Shown: piece after piece, positions 19,090 through 27,547 of the stretch
Layout of the letters: each line of letters opens with the position of its first letter
Position numbering within the stretch: position 1 is the stretch's first letter
Assembly (NCBI GenBank): GCA_018971415.1
Contig: JAGXAW010000002.1
Coordinates: 9,261 to 73,260, forward strand
Direction of reading: 5' to 3'
DNA from: Betaproteobacteria bacterium
GTDB lineage: Bacteria; Pseudomonadota; Gammaproteobacteria; Burkholderiales; Ferrovaceae
Length of the DNA stretch: 64,000 nucleotides
Made by a program: the position numbers and the translations under genes
Notes under the pieces: model-generated
Database searches by the model: none
Told to the model about the DNA's origin: nothing
The model's input: only the letters and a program-made list of their open reading frames with translations

Positions 19090-19164
19090 TGTACTAATCT
19101 CGACTTGATCTGGCAGTCACTTCTACAAATTGGATAACTGTCAGATCAAGTCGCGATTAGTACA
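19090..19164. mobile_element. 75-bp IS481-derived miniature element
   Basis: TGT...ACA ends; 28-bp terminal inverted repeats (19090-19117 / 19137-19164, 26/28 identical); internal CTGGCAGTCACTTCTAC matches 10319-10335 of the IS481 remnant at 16/17. Confidence 0.8.
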
Positions 19165-19195
19165 TATAAATCATTAAAACCAGCATAACCACAAT

Positions 19196-20959
19196 TTAAC
19201 GCACTCTTGGAAACCTTGGCTTCTCAGTGTCAGTTGTTGACTCATCATCGTTAATTTGATGGTCATCTTGCTTCTGGGTCAATATATATTCCTCATCCTC
19301 AGCCATAGCTGCTAAAGTCTCTTCCCAACCAGCCTCAAAGTCAGGTACTGGGCTTAAATATTCATCGTAGAGATCATCATGCTGCTCTTCCTCTTGCTGC
19401 ACATGGTTACTATTTGATTCGATTCGACCTGATTGAGGAATAATGCTATGGGCTGCCTGAGCCGGAGGTGCACTATTAACTTCTGGGATTAATACTTTTT
19501 CTGGATTAACTAACTCTTTAGCCGGAGTTAAGGGAGGTTCTACTTCAACTCTTGACGAAGGATTAACTCTATTTTCATTTTGAGACGGTTTTGTCAATTT
19601 TACTGGCTCTTGTACTATTTGATTACCTTGTGAATTATTAAACCCTTTCAAAGGCTCTATAGGTTTTCCTGGAGCGTTATTTGCTTTATGGGAGGTCACT
19701 GGTATTACTTTATCGGTTGAGACCTGCTTAGAGCTACTGATCTCTGGTTTTGGGGTTGTTTTAGTCACTAACCTTGGTGTTTCAGGTTTGTTTACTTTGT
19801 TGGTGACTTTAGGAGCAATTTTTGGCTTTCTAGCTTTTAGAGGATTAACGCCAAATAGATCATCCAATACAGATCCAAAGAAGTTTCTAACCCCTCGAAA
19901 ACCCTCTTTTACGAACTCTGCAACTGGGGTAATAATATCTTTACCATCCACCTTCCCATGTCCTTCACTATAACGAGGTTGGTTTGCCGGAATATGTGGT
20001 TTTCTGGTAACGGCAGGATGAGTGGGCTTTGTTAAATTTTGCGTAACTATGGCAATTTCTGGCTGTGATGCTACTGCTGTAGGTTTTGCAGCAAACACTT
20101 CGATATTTTGAGTCAAATTAGAATGGGCTACTTGCTCATTATTGGCAGCCATTGGTTGAGGTTTTTGCGCATCGGCTAAAACCACTCCTTCAAACTGATT
20201 TTGCTTGTCTTTTAATTGATTTTTTTGTTGTTTTTCATGGATAGCTTGACGTCGTTTATTCCTTAAAACAACGCTTGCATAACGTTGACTTTCACCAGGA
20301 GACCTCCGTTCAATCGCTGTAGCTTTGGCCCCTACGTGAATTTGTGCTGGTTTATTAATTCCTCGAGCTTTGTTACTACGGTGGTCAACCCGTTCTTCAA
20401 CGCCTGCCATGTCTAAAAATAAATTGGTTATTTTTGCAAAATATTCACGCCAATACCCCACTTTCTTGGAATTCCTAACGTCAAGCTCTCTTGTCTTATT
20501 TGTGAGACCAGTATTGTCAACTCGGCGTGTTGTCATCAAGAGATGTACATGAATATTTCTTTGGTCACCTTTTTCATTGGCAAGATGAATATTGGCATCC
20601 ACTACTACTTGATGTTCTTCAATGAGTTTTTCTACTAGAACCTTAACTAATTCAATGTTTGTATCAAGAGGTAATTCACATGGCAAGGCATAACGAATTT
20701 CACGAGCAAGTGATGAGTTTTTTCTATTTTCAGCAGCTTCCGCTCCGTTCCAAAGCGCTGATCTGTCATAAACCCATTGGGGAGCATTGGCTGGCGCATA
20801 AATAGCACTAAAAACGACGCCCTTTTTAGAGGAAAAGTTTTTAACTTTATTATCCCGCAAACTCTTTATTGAAGTTCCAGAACGATATGCGGCTGCAACT
20901 ACGGCACTTTCATTTTTGCTACGTTGAATTAAACTCATGTTGAAAGAAAAACAGGTCAT
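19196..20959 (-). CDS. mobA: MobA/MobL (MOBQ) relaxase with long low-complexity tail
   Basis: SAVVAAAYRSG catalytic Tyr, LWNGAE..E.R.N...ARE...ALP.EL, H...NIHVH, VDHRS...GI...QIH.G. Confidence 0.9.
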   Translation of the reverse strand: MTCFSFNMSLIQRSKNESAVVAAAYRSGTSIKSLRDNKVKNFSSKKGVVFSAIYAPANAPQWVYDRSALWNGAEAAENRKNSSLAREIRYALPCELPLDTNIELVKVLVEKLIEEHQVVVDANIHLANEKGDQRNIHVHLLMTTRRVDNTGLTNKTRELDVRNSKKVGYWREYFAKITNLFLDMAGVEERVDHRSNKARGINKPAQIHVGAKATAIERRSPGESQRYASVVLRNKRRQAIHEKQQKNQLKDKQNQFEGVVLADAQKPQPMAANNEQVAHSNLTQNIEVFAAKPTAVASQPEIAIVTQNLTKPTHPAVTRKPHIPANQPRYSEGHGKVDGKDIITPVAEFVKEGFRGVRNFFGSVLDDLFGVNPLKARKPKIAPKVTNKVNKPETPRLVTKTTPKPEISSSKQVSTDKVIPVTSHKANNAPGKPIEPLKGFNNSQGNQIVQEPVKLTKPSQNENRVNPSSRVEVEPPLTPAKELVNPEKVLIPEVNSAPPAQAAHSIIPQSGRIESNSNHVQQEEEQHDDLYDEYLSPVPDFEAGWEETLAAMAEDEEYILTQKQDDHQINDDESTTDTEKPRFPRVR

Positions 20960-21060
20960 GATTTCTTACTCCTTTAATTAAGTTTTCATAAAAAAATATC
21001 AAATAAAATTTTCCGTAAATTTGACAACCATCTATCGCATTACTCATTGCATTCCCCCTT

Positions 21061-21080
21061 AAGTTTGCATAAGTGCGGTT
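21061..21080 (+). promoter_or_regulatory. Candidate (degenerate) MOBQ oriT nic region
   Basis: TAAGTGCG at 21070-21077 between divergent mobA and mobC-like genes; the canonical CCCT after the nick and a clean upstream hairpin are missing. Confidence 0.45.
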
Positions 21081-21210
21081 ATATCAATTAGCGATCCAAA
21101 ATAAATCTATAAATTGAATCGTTAAATCATGATACCATTAACGATATTAAAAATGCAATTAAAACAACAAGTTATACTAATTAAGTATATTTTTTTAGGT
21201 ACATTTTTGT

Positions 21211-21687
21211 ATGAGTAACAGACACAAAACAATAGAAAAAATGAACACAAAACCTCAAATTAAACGAAAGTCATTTAAAAAAATGTGTAATGAGTTAATT
21301 AGTGTTGAAAAGCGATTAAAAAAGATTACGGTTAAACAGGAACAGTTAAAAAACCAACGAGTTTTTATTGAGAAGGCTATTGAAATTAAACGAGATAAAA
21401 CCATCACGAGAAAATATGAAAAATTAGGTCGTCAGCTCATTGAAACCGCGAAATCCGATGCAAGGGTACGAGAACTACTTATCGACTTTTTTGAGTGCGG
21501 TTTTAACGGACTCCTGGGGCCAATGGAGAGCTATTTTCTTAAAGCTTCTTTTCAAAGTGAGATCGATCCAGACTGCATTGATCCCATTTCAGAAAAGGAG
21601 TTATATAAACTAACAATTACGCTTGGTAATGTGGCCAGTAAAACGTTTGTCAATTATGAGGAAGATGACGATAAGCTCACTAGATAA
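21211..21687 (+). CDS. MobC/MobS-like relaxosome accessory protein (putative)
   Basis: Divergent from mobA; Lys-rich coiled coil followed by TRK..KLGR.LI, reminiscent of the MobC TRRK.L.G motif. Confidence 0.55.
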   Translation: MSNRHKTIEKMNTKPQIKRKSFKKMCNELISVEKRLKKITVKQEQLKNQRVFIEKAIEIKRDKTITRKYEKLGRQLIETAKSDARVRELLIDFFECGFNGLLGPMESYFLKASFQSEIDPDCIDPISEKELYKLTITLGNVASKTFVNYEEDDDKLTR

Positions 21688-21704
21688 CCCAAATCAAAAT
21701 TATT

Positions 21705-21740
21705 AAAAAAAGCCTGCTGATCTTATCAATCAACAGGCTT
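21705..21740 (-). terminator. Intrinsic terminator for the HD gene
   Basis: AAGCCTG-C-TGAT / ATCA-A-CAGGCTT hairpin with an A7 tract on its left (U-tract on the minus strand). Confidence 0.65.
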
Positions 21741-21821
21741 AAACGACTTCTACAAATTGCATCGACTTCCCCCCCACTTACGACATATTCCCCTTACTGT
21801 TTTTCACTCTGTGTTGCACGT

Positions 21822-22838
21822 TTAACTTCCGAGTGAACGATACACTTGGGCGCGGTATATCGGATGAAAGTTAGAGCTCACCCTATCCTCATATTGATCA
21901 AACAAATTGTTGTGGACATCCACTTCACTGGAGAGATGATCTGCGGCTTGAAGTAACATGGCTTCTTGCAAAAGAGGACTGGGAATTCCAAGCCAAGGTT
22001 TGCCACCATAATGTGATGAAATACAGTGAATAATGTGCAGGAATTTGTTTTGATCGATTCGGTCGCTCAGGTTGCTTTGAGCCTCCCCTAGCATCATCAT
22101 TAAGAGCGTCTTGTGCCCTATCAATTTAGCGTGAGGTGTGCGGCAAATTACGGGTTGATCTTGACCTGAGGCTTGATAAAAGAACTCTTTGAATTTACCA
22201 GCGTCATGAATCAATCCTATGAGGATTAAAATTGACTGATTAACTCTTATTTGAGGGTCTTTGGCTAAGGCCATCATGATGTCGACCACATGCACAGAAT
22301 GGTCTAGATTACCTCCTAGGTAGTTGTGATGGTGATCTTTAGAGGAAGGCGTTTCACAATAGCGCTGAAAGAAGTCCTTTTGCCACATGAGCTGGTTAAA
22401 TATCAGCTTACAGTCCTCATCCATCTGATCCCAGTAGTTAGCCGCGTTTTTGAGTAAATAATCCCGGTAATTGACCCAACTGTTCGGGGCGGTCTTAAAG
22501 AGGTTAATGCTGGCATCAGGCTCTTCGATCACCTGCAATCCACCCTTTGCTAAATGGACCCAGTTATTCCTAAAGGTTAGCCTTTGAGGAGTTACCAGAT
22601 CAAACACGCTTACACCAGAATAAGATTGATCATTGTTCCAGCTCACAGATAATCGGCAATCCTGATGAAAGAGCTCTGCCTTATGAATATAACTGCCATC
22701 GTCCATTTTACTGGTACTGATCTCCACAACCCGAAATACCGAGGGTATGTCTTGATACACCCGACCTCTTAAATCATAGTCAATGATGTCTTCTTGATAA
22801 GATGCTTCTTCTTCAGGGGTTAATTTAATAATTGTCAT
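21822..22838 (-). CDS. HD-domain phosphohydrolase/nuclease (YhaM/TraI_2-like core)
   Basis: PSS..HHH.Y.GG...HS, LIHDAGK, SHYG, AADHLS; start at 22838 chosen from SD GGAG. Confidence 0.8.
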   Translation of the reverse strand: MTIIKLTPEEEASYQEDIIDYDLRGRVYQDIPSVFRVVEISTSKMDDGSYIHKAELFHQDCRLSVSWNNDQSYSGVSVFDLVTPQRLTFRNNWVHLAKGGLQVIEEPDASINLFKTAPNSWVNYRDYLLKNAANYWDQMDEDCKLIFNQLMWQKDFFQRYCETPSSKDHHHNYLGGNLDHSVHVVDIMMALAKDPQIRVNQSILILIGLIHDAGKFKEFFYQASGQDQPVICRTPHAKLIGHKTLLMMMLGEAQSNLSDRIDQNKFLHIIHCISSHYGGKPWLGIPSPLLQEAMLLQAADHLSSEVDVHNNLFDQYEDRVSSNFHPIYRAQVYRSLGS

Positions 22839-22911
22839 AATCTCTATCTCCATAATATATAATTGAAATGACATACCGATGAAATAACTGATATTCAGTC
22901 GATATGAATAA

Positions 22912-22940
22912 AGTTTATATGAAGTGAATATAAAAGTCAA
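22912..22940 (-). promoter_or_regulatory. Sigma70-like promoter for the HD gene
   Basis: TTGACT-17 bp-TAAACT on the minus strand. Confidence 0.5.
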
Positions 22941-22958
22941 GATAAATCTATTACGCCT

Positions 22959-23186
22959 ATGAAAATTAAAGACTCAAAAATCAAATGCAACCTATCTAGA
23001 ATGATGGGAGAGCGTAAATTAAAGGTAATTGACGTAGCTAAAAGCGTGGGTGTTCACAGAAACACTATTACCCTACTCTACAATGATGATGCGCAACTGA
23101 TTGAAATCGCCACATTACAAAAGCTATGTGAGCTGTTTAACTGCAAACCAGGGGATTTGCTTGAATATGTTCCGTCAGAGGAATAG
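22959..23186 (+). CDS. XRE/Cro-C1 family HTH regulator
   Basis: L...M.ER.L...DVA...GVHRNTI..LY......I....L.KLC..F.C.PGDLLEY. Confidence 0.9.
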   Translation: MKIKDSKIKCNLSRMMGERKLKVIDVAKSVGVHRNTITLLYNDDAQLIEIATLQKLCELFNCKPGDLLEYVPSEE

Positions 23187-23209
23187 ATTTAATTTTATCT
23201 GACTGCAAT

Positions 23210-23235
23210 CGTATAAAGTTTTAAAACTTTATACG
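23210..23235. repeat. Perfect 26-bp palindrome (candidate operator)
   Basis: CGTATAAAGTTTT|AAAACTTTATACG with no loop; abuts a TTTACA -35-like hexamer upstream of DUF2971. Confidence 0.85.
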
Positions 23236-23287
23236 TTTACATATATAGTAAGTACAAAGTTTAATCTTTTGTAAGTTAGAGAAAGCC

Positions 23288-23938
23288 ATGAGAGTTTATC
23301 ATTTCACAAACACAAATTATGGCATAAGCAATCTATCATTAAAACGCCTAAAAATCTCAAGATTCAACCAGCTTAATGATCCCTTCGAGCTTTTAGCGGC
23401 TGACTTACTAGACCCCAAGGATCGAAAAGTATTGAGTGAGTTCAAGAATAATCTGAATTTAACCAAGGGAGTAATATGTTTCAGCAGTTCATGGGGTAAT
23501 CCATTGCTCTGGGGACACTATGCAGAAAAACACTCAGGAATGGCTCTTGGTTTTGATGTTCCAGATGAATTTTTATTCGAAGTACATTACACAACCCAAA
23601 GACTAAAAGTAAAATTCGATCAAAAAACCAGAAAAATTGTTGACGGAGAACGGTTGATGGAAAATCTACTCCGAACGAAATTCATTGATTGGAAATACGA
23701 AGAGGAAAGACGAATGTTTGTTGATCTTGATCCGACTTCAAATGAGGGAGGGAGTTATTTTGCGGAATTCTCTAAGGAACTTGTATTGCGAGAAGTCATT
23801 TTAGGGTTGAAATGTGACCTACCAATTTATCGAGTTAGACAACTTCTAGAAGATGAGACTATTCCTGTCAGGGTAAAAAAAGCAGGAATGGCGTTGCGTT
23901 CTTTCAAAATTATTGAGGATCGTTCTGCGAGAGTATGA
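23288..23938 (+). CDS. DUF2971-domain protein
   Basis: YHFT, LNDPFE, CFS..W...LLWGHYA..H.G..LGF, K...W.YE.E.R. Confidence 0.85.
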   Translation: MRVYHFTNTNYGISNLSLKRLKISRFNQLNDPFELLAADLLDPKDRKVLSEFKNNLNLTKGVICFSSSWGNPLLWGHYAEKHSGMALGFDVPDEFLFEVHYTTQRLKVKFDQKTRKIVDGERLMENLLRTKFIDWKYEEERRMFVDLDPTSNEGGSYFAEFSKELVLREVILGLKCDLPIYRVRQLLEDETIPVRVKKAGMALRSFKIIEDRSARV

Positions 23939-24330
23939 AGAAAACCTAGGCGGAGATGAGGATACGGCACTAGGGAATACCATGATATCCAGTTAGGTCA
24001 CTCCACAACCAGAACCAAACCATACCAAAGATATGTGGCAAGACATAGAAATGGAGTTACTGCGAGTTTTTCTAAACTAATCAAACAAAAATGAATTAAT
24101 CAAATAACCTGTATTACTTGAAAAAAAACCTTTTTAATAATATTTAATTATTTTTATAATTCTGTAAGACAACATAAATAAACCCGAATATTGTATCCTA
24201 TACAAATATAAAATACTGTTTTGACTGACTTACAAAGTACCTAAAATTGTTAGGGCGATTCTATTTGTAATGCGAATAGTGCTCAGATTAAGATGATAAA
24301 GATAATGGGTGTTGGGAGGTTTAGCGACAG

Positions 24331-26244
24331 ATGTACCTTCGGACGGTGACATTGAAGAATACAGGGCCAATCGAGAGCTTCGATCTCACGCTCCCGTTCC
24401 AAGGCGAACAGCCTAAGCCAGTATTGCTAGTTGGAAAGAATGGTAGTGGTAAATCGACGGCGATCTCGTTTGTCGTTAACGCCCTGGTCGGTATGAAGCA
24501 GCATGTATTCGATGACATTGAGGTCGAGAAGGGACGGGTATATCGGATTCGCTCTCCACTCGCCATAAACGGTACTGCAGAATTTTATTTCGCGAGATTG
24601 GCTTTCGATAAAGGTGTGGTCCTCACCGAATGGCAACTCAACCGGCCAAAGACTGAATATGCCGACCCCAGTGCCATGCAAGCACTGGACCCTGCCTGGG
24701 ATCAACTCCCGGCTCATGAGACTAGCTTTTTCAATCTGAATATGGGCAAGCTTGCCGACGCCCGCCTAATGGAGGAAATGCTCGATAAGAATTGCTTGCT
24801 TTACTTCCCAGCTGATCGGTTTGAGCCACCCGATTGGCTAAATATCGAGGATCTCTCCTCTGACTTGAAGCTGCCCGAGCCAGAGCGAATGAAGGGAAGA
24901 ACAACTCGGCGAATATTCTCAAGGAATCGATTGAAGCCAACTCTAGACTGGCTGAATTCCGTCATCTTCGACATGATGGTCAGTGAGCATCATGAAAGGT
25001 TTGTCCCGATAGCACTTCCAGTTACCGAAGACTCACCGGTGCCTCAAGGTAATAATATCGTTTCAGTAAGAGTTAAGGTTCCCGGAAAAGCCCATGCCGT
25101 TTTTTCCTCTATTCAAGATGTTCTAAGGAAGGTCATCTGCGAGAAAGAGACAGACATACTACAACTCGGTATTGGGGATCGTAAGTCACGTATCATCAAC
25201 GCATCAGTGGTGCGCGACGGCACGCCGATTCGAGTCATAAAGGATCTGATGAGTCTCTCAGCAGGCGAAAGCGCACTGTTCTGCCTGTTCGCGTCGATTG
25301 TTAGAGATGCTGATTTGTCCAGTATGAGCTTTCATTCACCGGGCGAAATTGAGGGGCTGGTTGTCATCGACGAGGCCGACATGCACCTGCACGTTGGTCT
25401 CCAGTATCGAGTCCTGCCTGAACTGATCGCCCTGTTTCCCAAGGTTCAATTCATCCTCAGTGCGCACGCGCCAATGGTTGCCATTGGTCTGGAGAACAAA
25501 TTAGGGGAAGATAGCTACGAGATCATCGAATTGCCAGGTGCGACGCATATCCCGCCGGAGTCATATTCAGAATTTCGAGAAGCTTTCAACGTCTTTACCA
25601 AGACCAAGGCTTTCCATGAGGAACTTCTCATGGCAATTTCTTCGACATCTAAACCAATCCTTTTGCTTGAGGGAAAGTCAGATGCCCAATTGGTATCGAC
25701 TGCTTGGATAAAACTAAAACCAGGGACAACGATGCCTTTTGACGTTGTGCCCTGCGGGATTGAGCCAGATGAGGAGAAAAGGTCTGGTGGCGCAGGCATG
25801 CTACGCCGAACGCTGGAATTTCTCTCAGCAGTTACTGACCGTCCTTTGTGTGGCATATTTGACTTTGATAGAGCCGGCTACGAGGGCTTCGCGGGCCTCA
25901 ATAAACACGTTTTTAGCGCAGGCGTGGATGCAGAGCATAAATACCATGCTAAAAAGAAAGTGCACGCATCATTATTACCGGTCCTCACGGAGAGGTCCGA
26001 TTTTGTCAATACGGATAAACCTATCCACAGCTTTATGTCAATTGAGCATTATTTCGCTGACACTGTGCTGCAAAAATTTGGTTTTTCCCTCGCGCCAGTT
26101 GTCGCCGGATCAAAAGTGTTCGAGATCGACGGTACCTCGAAGCAGAAGATTGCGTTCGCCAATGCAGTCAATGAGTTTGACGTTACTGAATTCATGAATT
26201 TTCAGATTCTGTTTGATAGACTTAATTTCATAGGTTTTATCTGA
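24331..26244 (+). CDS. ABC-type ATPase fused to a TOPRIM-like domain (OLD-family-like nuclease)
   Basis: GKNGSGKS, LSAGE, VVIDEADMHLH, QFILSAH; C-terminal LLLEGKSD, GG, FDFD, SIEHYF. Confidence 0.75.
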   Translation: MYLRTVTLKNTGPIESFDLTLPFQGEQPKPVLLVGKNGSGKSTAISFVVNALVGMKQHVFDDIEVEKGRVYRIRSPLAINGTAEFYFARLAFDKGVVLTEWQLNRPKTEYADPSAMQALDPAWDQLPAHETSFFNLNMGKLADARLMEEMLDKNCLLYFPADRFEPPDWLNIEDLSSDLKLPEPERMKGRTTRRIFSRNRLKPTLDWLNSVIFDMMVSEHHERFVPIALPVTEDSPVPQGNNIVSVRVKVPGKAHAVFSSIQDVLRKVICEKETDILQLGIGDRKSRIINASVVRDGTPIRVIKDLMSLSAGESALFCLFASIVRDADLSSMSFHSPGEIEGLVVIDEADMHLHVGLQYRVLPELIALFPKVQFILSAHAPMVAIGLENKLGEDSYEIIELPGATHIPPESYSEFREAFNVFTKTKAFHEELLMAISSTSKPILLLEGKSDAQLVSTAWIKLKPGTTMPFDVVPCGIEPDEEKRSGGAGMLRRTLEFLSAVTDRPLCGIFDFDRAGYEGFAGLNKHVFSAGVDAEHKYHAKKKVHASLLPVLTERSDFVNTDKPIHSFMSIEHYFADTVLQKFGFSLAPVVAGSKVFEIDGTSKQKIAFANAVNEFDVTEFMNFQILFDRLNFIGFI

Positions 26245-26583
26245 AGAGCGAAAATTGTAGCACCATCATTCCGCACCTGCCGCGCTCCGCTTGCCTCCTG
26301 GCTCGTTCGGTTGGAAAACCGGTTGAGAAATTATGGGGATGAGATAAGATTGTCAAACCATACAGGAAACATTGCATGATGAGAATCATGCCAAGCAATG
26401 TGGTGCTAATTTTAGGTCATGTGGGATTAAAACACCTAATTTAAAGCTTTTATTAAGCTAAATTTATCTACTAGTATCGTTGGACAATCAATATAGCGTA
26501 TTAACAAAAATCTAAGAGTTTGCTTAGCGCTTCGGGCTTTTTTCAGTGGTGACTGGAGGCACTTGTTGTAAATCAACTGGCAT

Positions 26584-27546
26584 TTACATTTGCGGGGTTA
26601 TTCCTGGGATTGCTGCTTGGGCAGGAACTGCCCTAAGGACTTGCTGAATTCCAGCCATATGTACTGTCGCAACACCCGTGTGATTCTCAACTATCTTGCA
26701 TGCCGGCGACATAGAAAATGTGTGCATGTAAGCATGATGTACCGTCAAAACCAAGTCTTGCAGTTTTTTGTCATCTTCTAATTTGATTATCTTAAGTCCT
26801 ATTTCTTCACATTTGCTCATCGGTATGTGCCGCGCATGAGCAGCAGTTGCCGAATGGTCCCCTAAAAAATCAACGATCGCATGCGCAGTTATAACGTGTT
26901 CTTCCTGTGCATTGAACATGTTCTCACAAAGCCATCCATGAACCATGGTACGAGACCAATTTATGGCCTGAGCACATTCATTGAGGAATGATGGATGGTA
27001 CCGTGAAACAATTTGTTGCCAAAGAGGCGTGCAAGCAGGATCACGCTTAATACTCTCTACTGCCATCTGGAATTCATCAAGAACCCCTTGAGCCGGAACA
27101 CCGCTTATTTGAGGGTCTATTGGACCTAGGCTTGATTGTTTTCCCAGAACAATCTCCTTGGCCGCACAAGCAATCATTGTCCCAGCTGACATGGCAAGTT
27201 GAGGCACTATGACGCGGATATCTTTCCCGAACATTACCCACAGATATTTGACCAATGCCTCTGTGGCAGCAATATCCCCACCGGGAGTGTGAAGTATTAA
27301 GTCTAGACCTTTATCTCTATTCAGTTGATGAACAGCCGCCATGAACGCATTCATGTCGTCATCACCAACGCTCAAGTTTGGGGTAGATGGCGGTCGAAAC
27401 AGCCATCCGGAATAATACGCAATTACGTTTCTACCTGTGTGAGAATGTAATTGCTTGAGATATTTTCGCCGAACGACGTCTACAGCCTGCATGCCCGCTT
27501 GTTGCTTAGCGCCAATCTCTGAGAGTACTTTTCCCCACGCCGGCAT
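26584..27546 (-). CDS. SDH-family Clp-fold serine protease, cytoplasmic
   Basis: LDLILHTPGG, AMSAGT (Ser), GPIDPQ (Asp), H.RHI (His); no signal peptide. Confidence 0.85.
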   Translation of the reverse strand: MPAWGKVLSEIGAKQQAGMQAVDVVRRKYLKQLHSHTGRNVIAYYSGWLFRPPSTPNLSVGDDDMNAFMAAVHQLNRDKGLDLILHTPGGDIAATEALVKYLWVMFGKDIRVIVPQLAMSAGTMIACAAKEIVLGKQSSLGPIDPQISGVPAQGVLDEFQMAVESIKRDPACTPLWQQIVSRYHPSFLNECAQAINWSRTMVHGWLCENMFNAQEEHVITAHAIVDFLGDHSATAAHARHIPMSKCEEIGLKIIKLEDDKKLQDLVLTVHHAYMHTFSMSPACKIVENHTGVATVHMAGIQQVLRAVPAQAAIPGITPQM

Positions 27547-27547
27547 G

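Noticed and set aside
19119-21759. 14-bp direct repeat ACTTCTACAAATTG (19119 and 21746) flanking the mob module
   Set aside because: About one exact 14-mer match is expected by chance in 28 kb, more in AT-rich DNA, and one copy is internal to the IS481 mini-element; no further support.
23939-24330. Retron msr-msd upstream of the ATPase-TOPRIM gene
   Set aside because: There is no reverse transcriptase in the window and no long flanking inverted repeats; it is an AT-rich promoter spacer.
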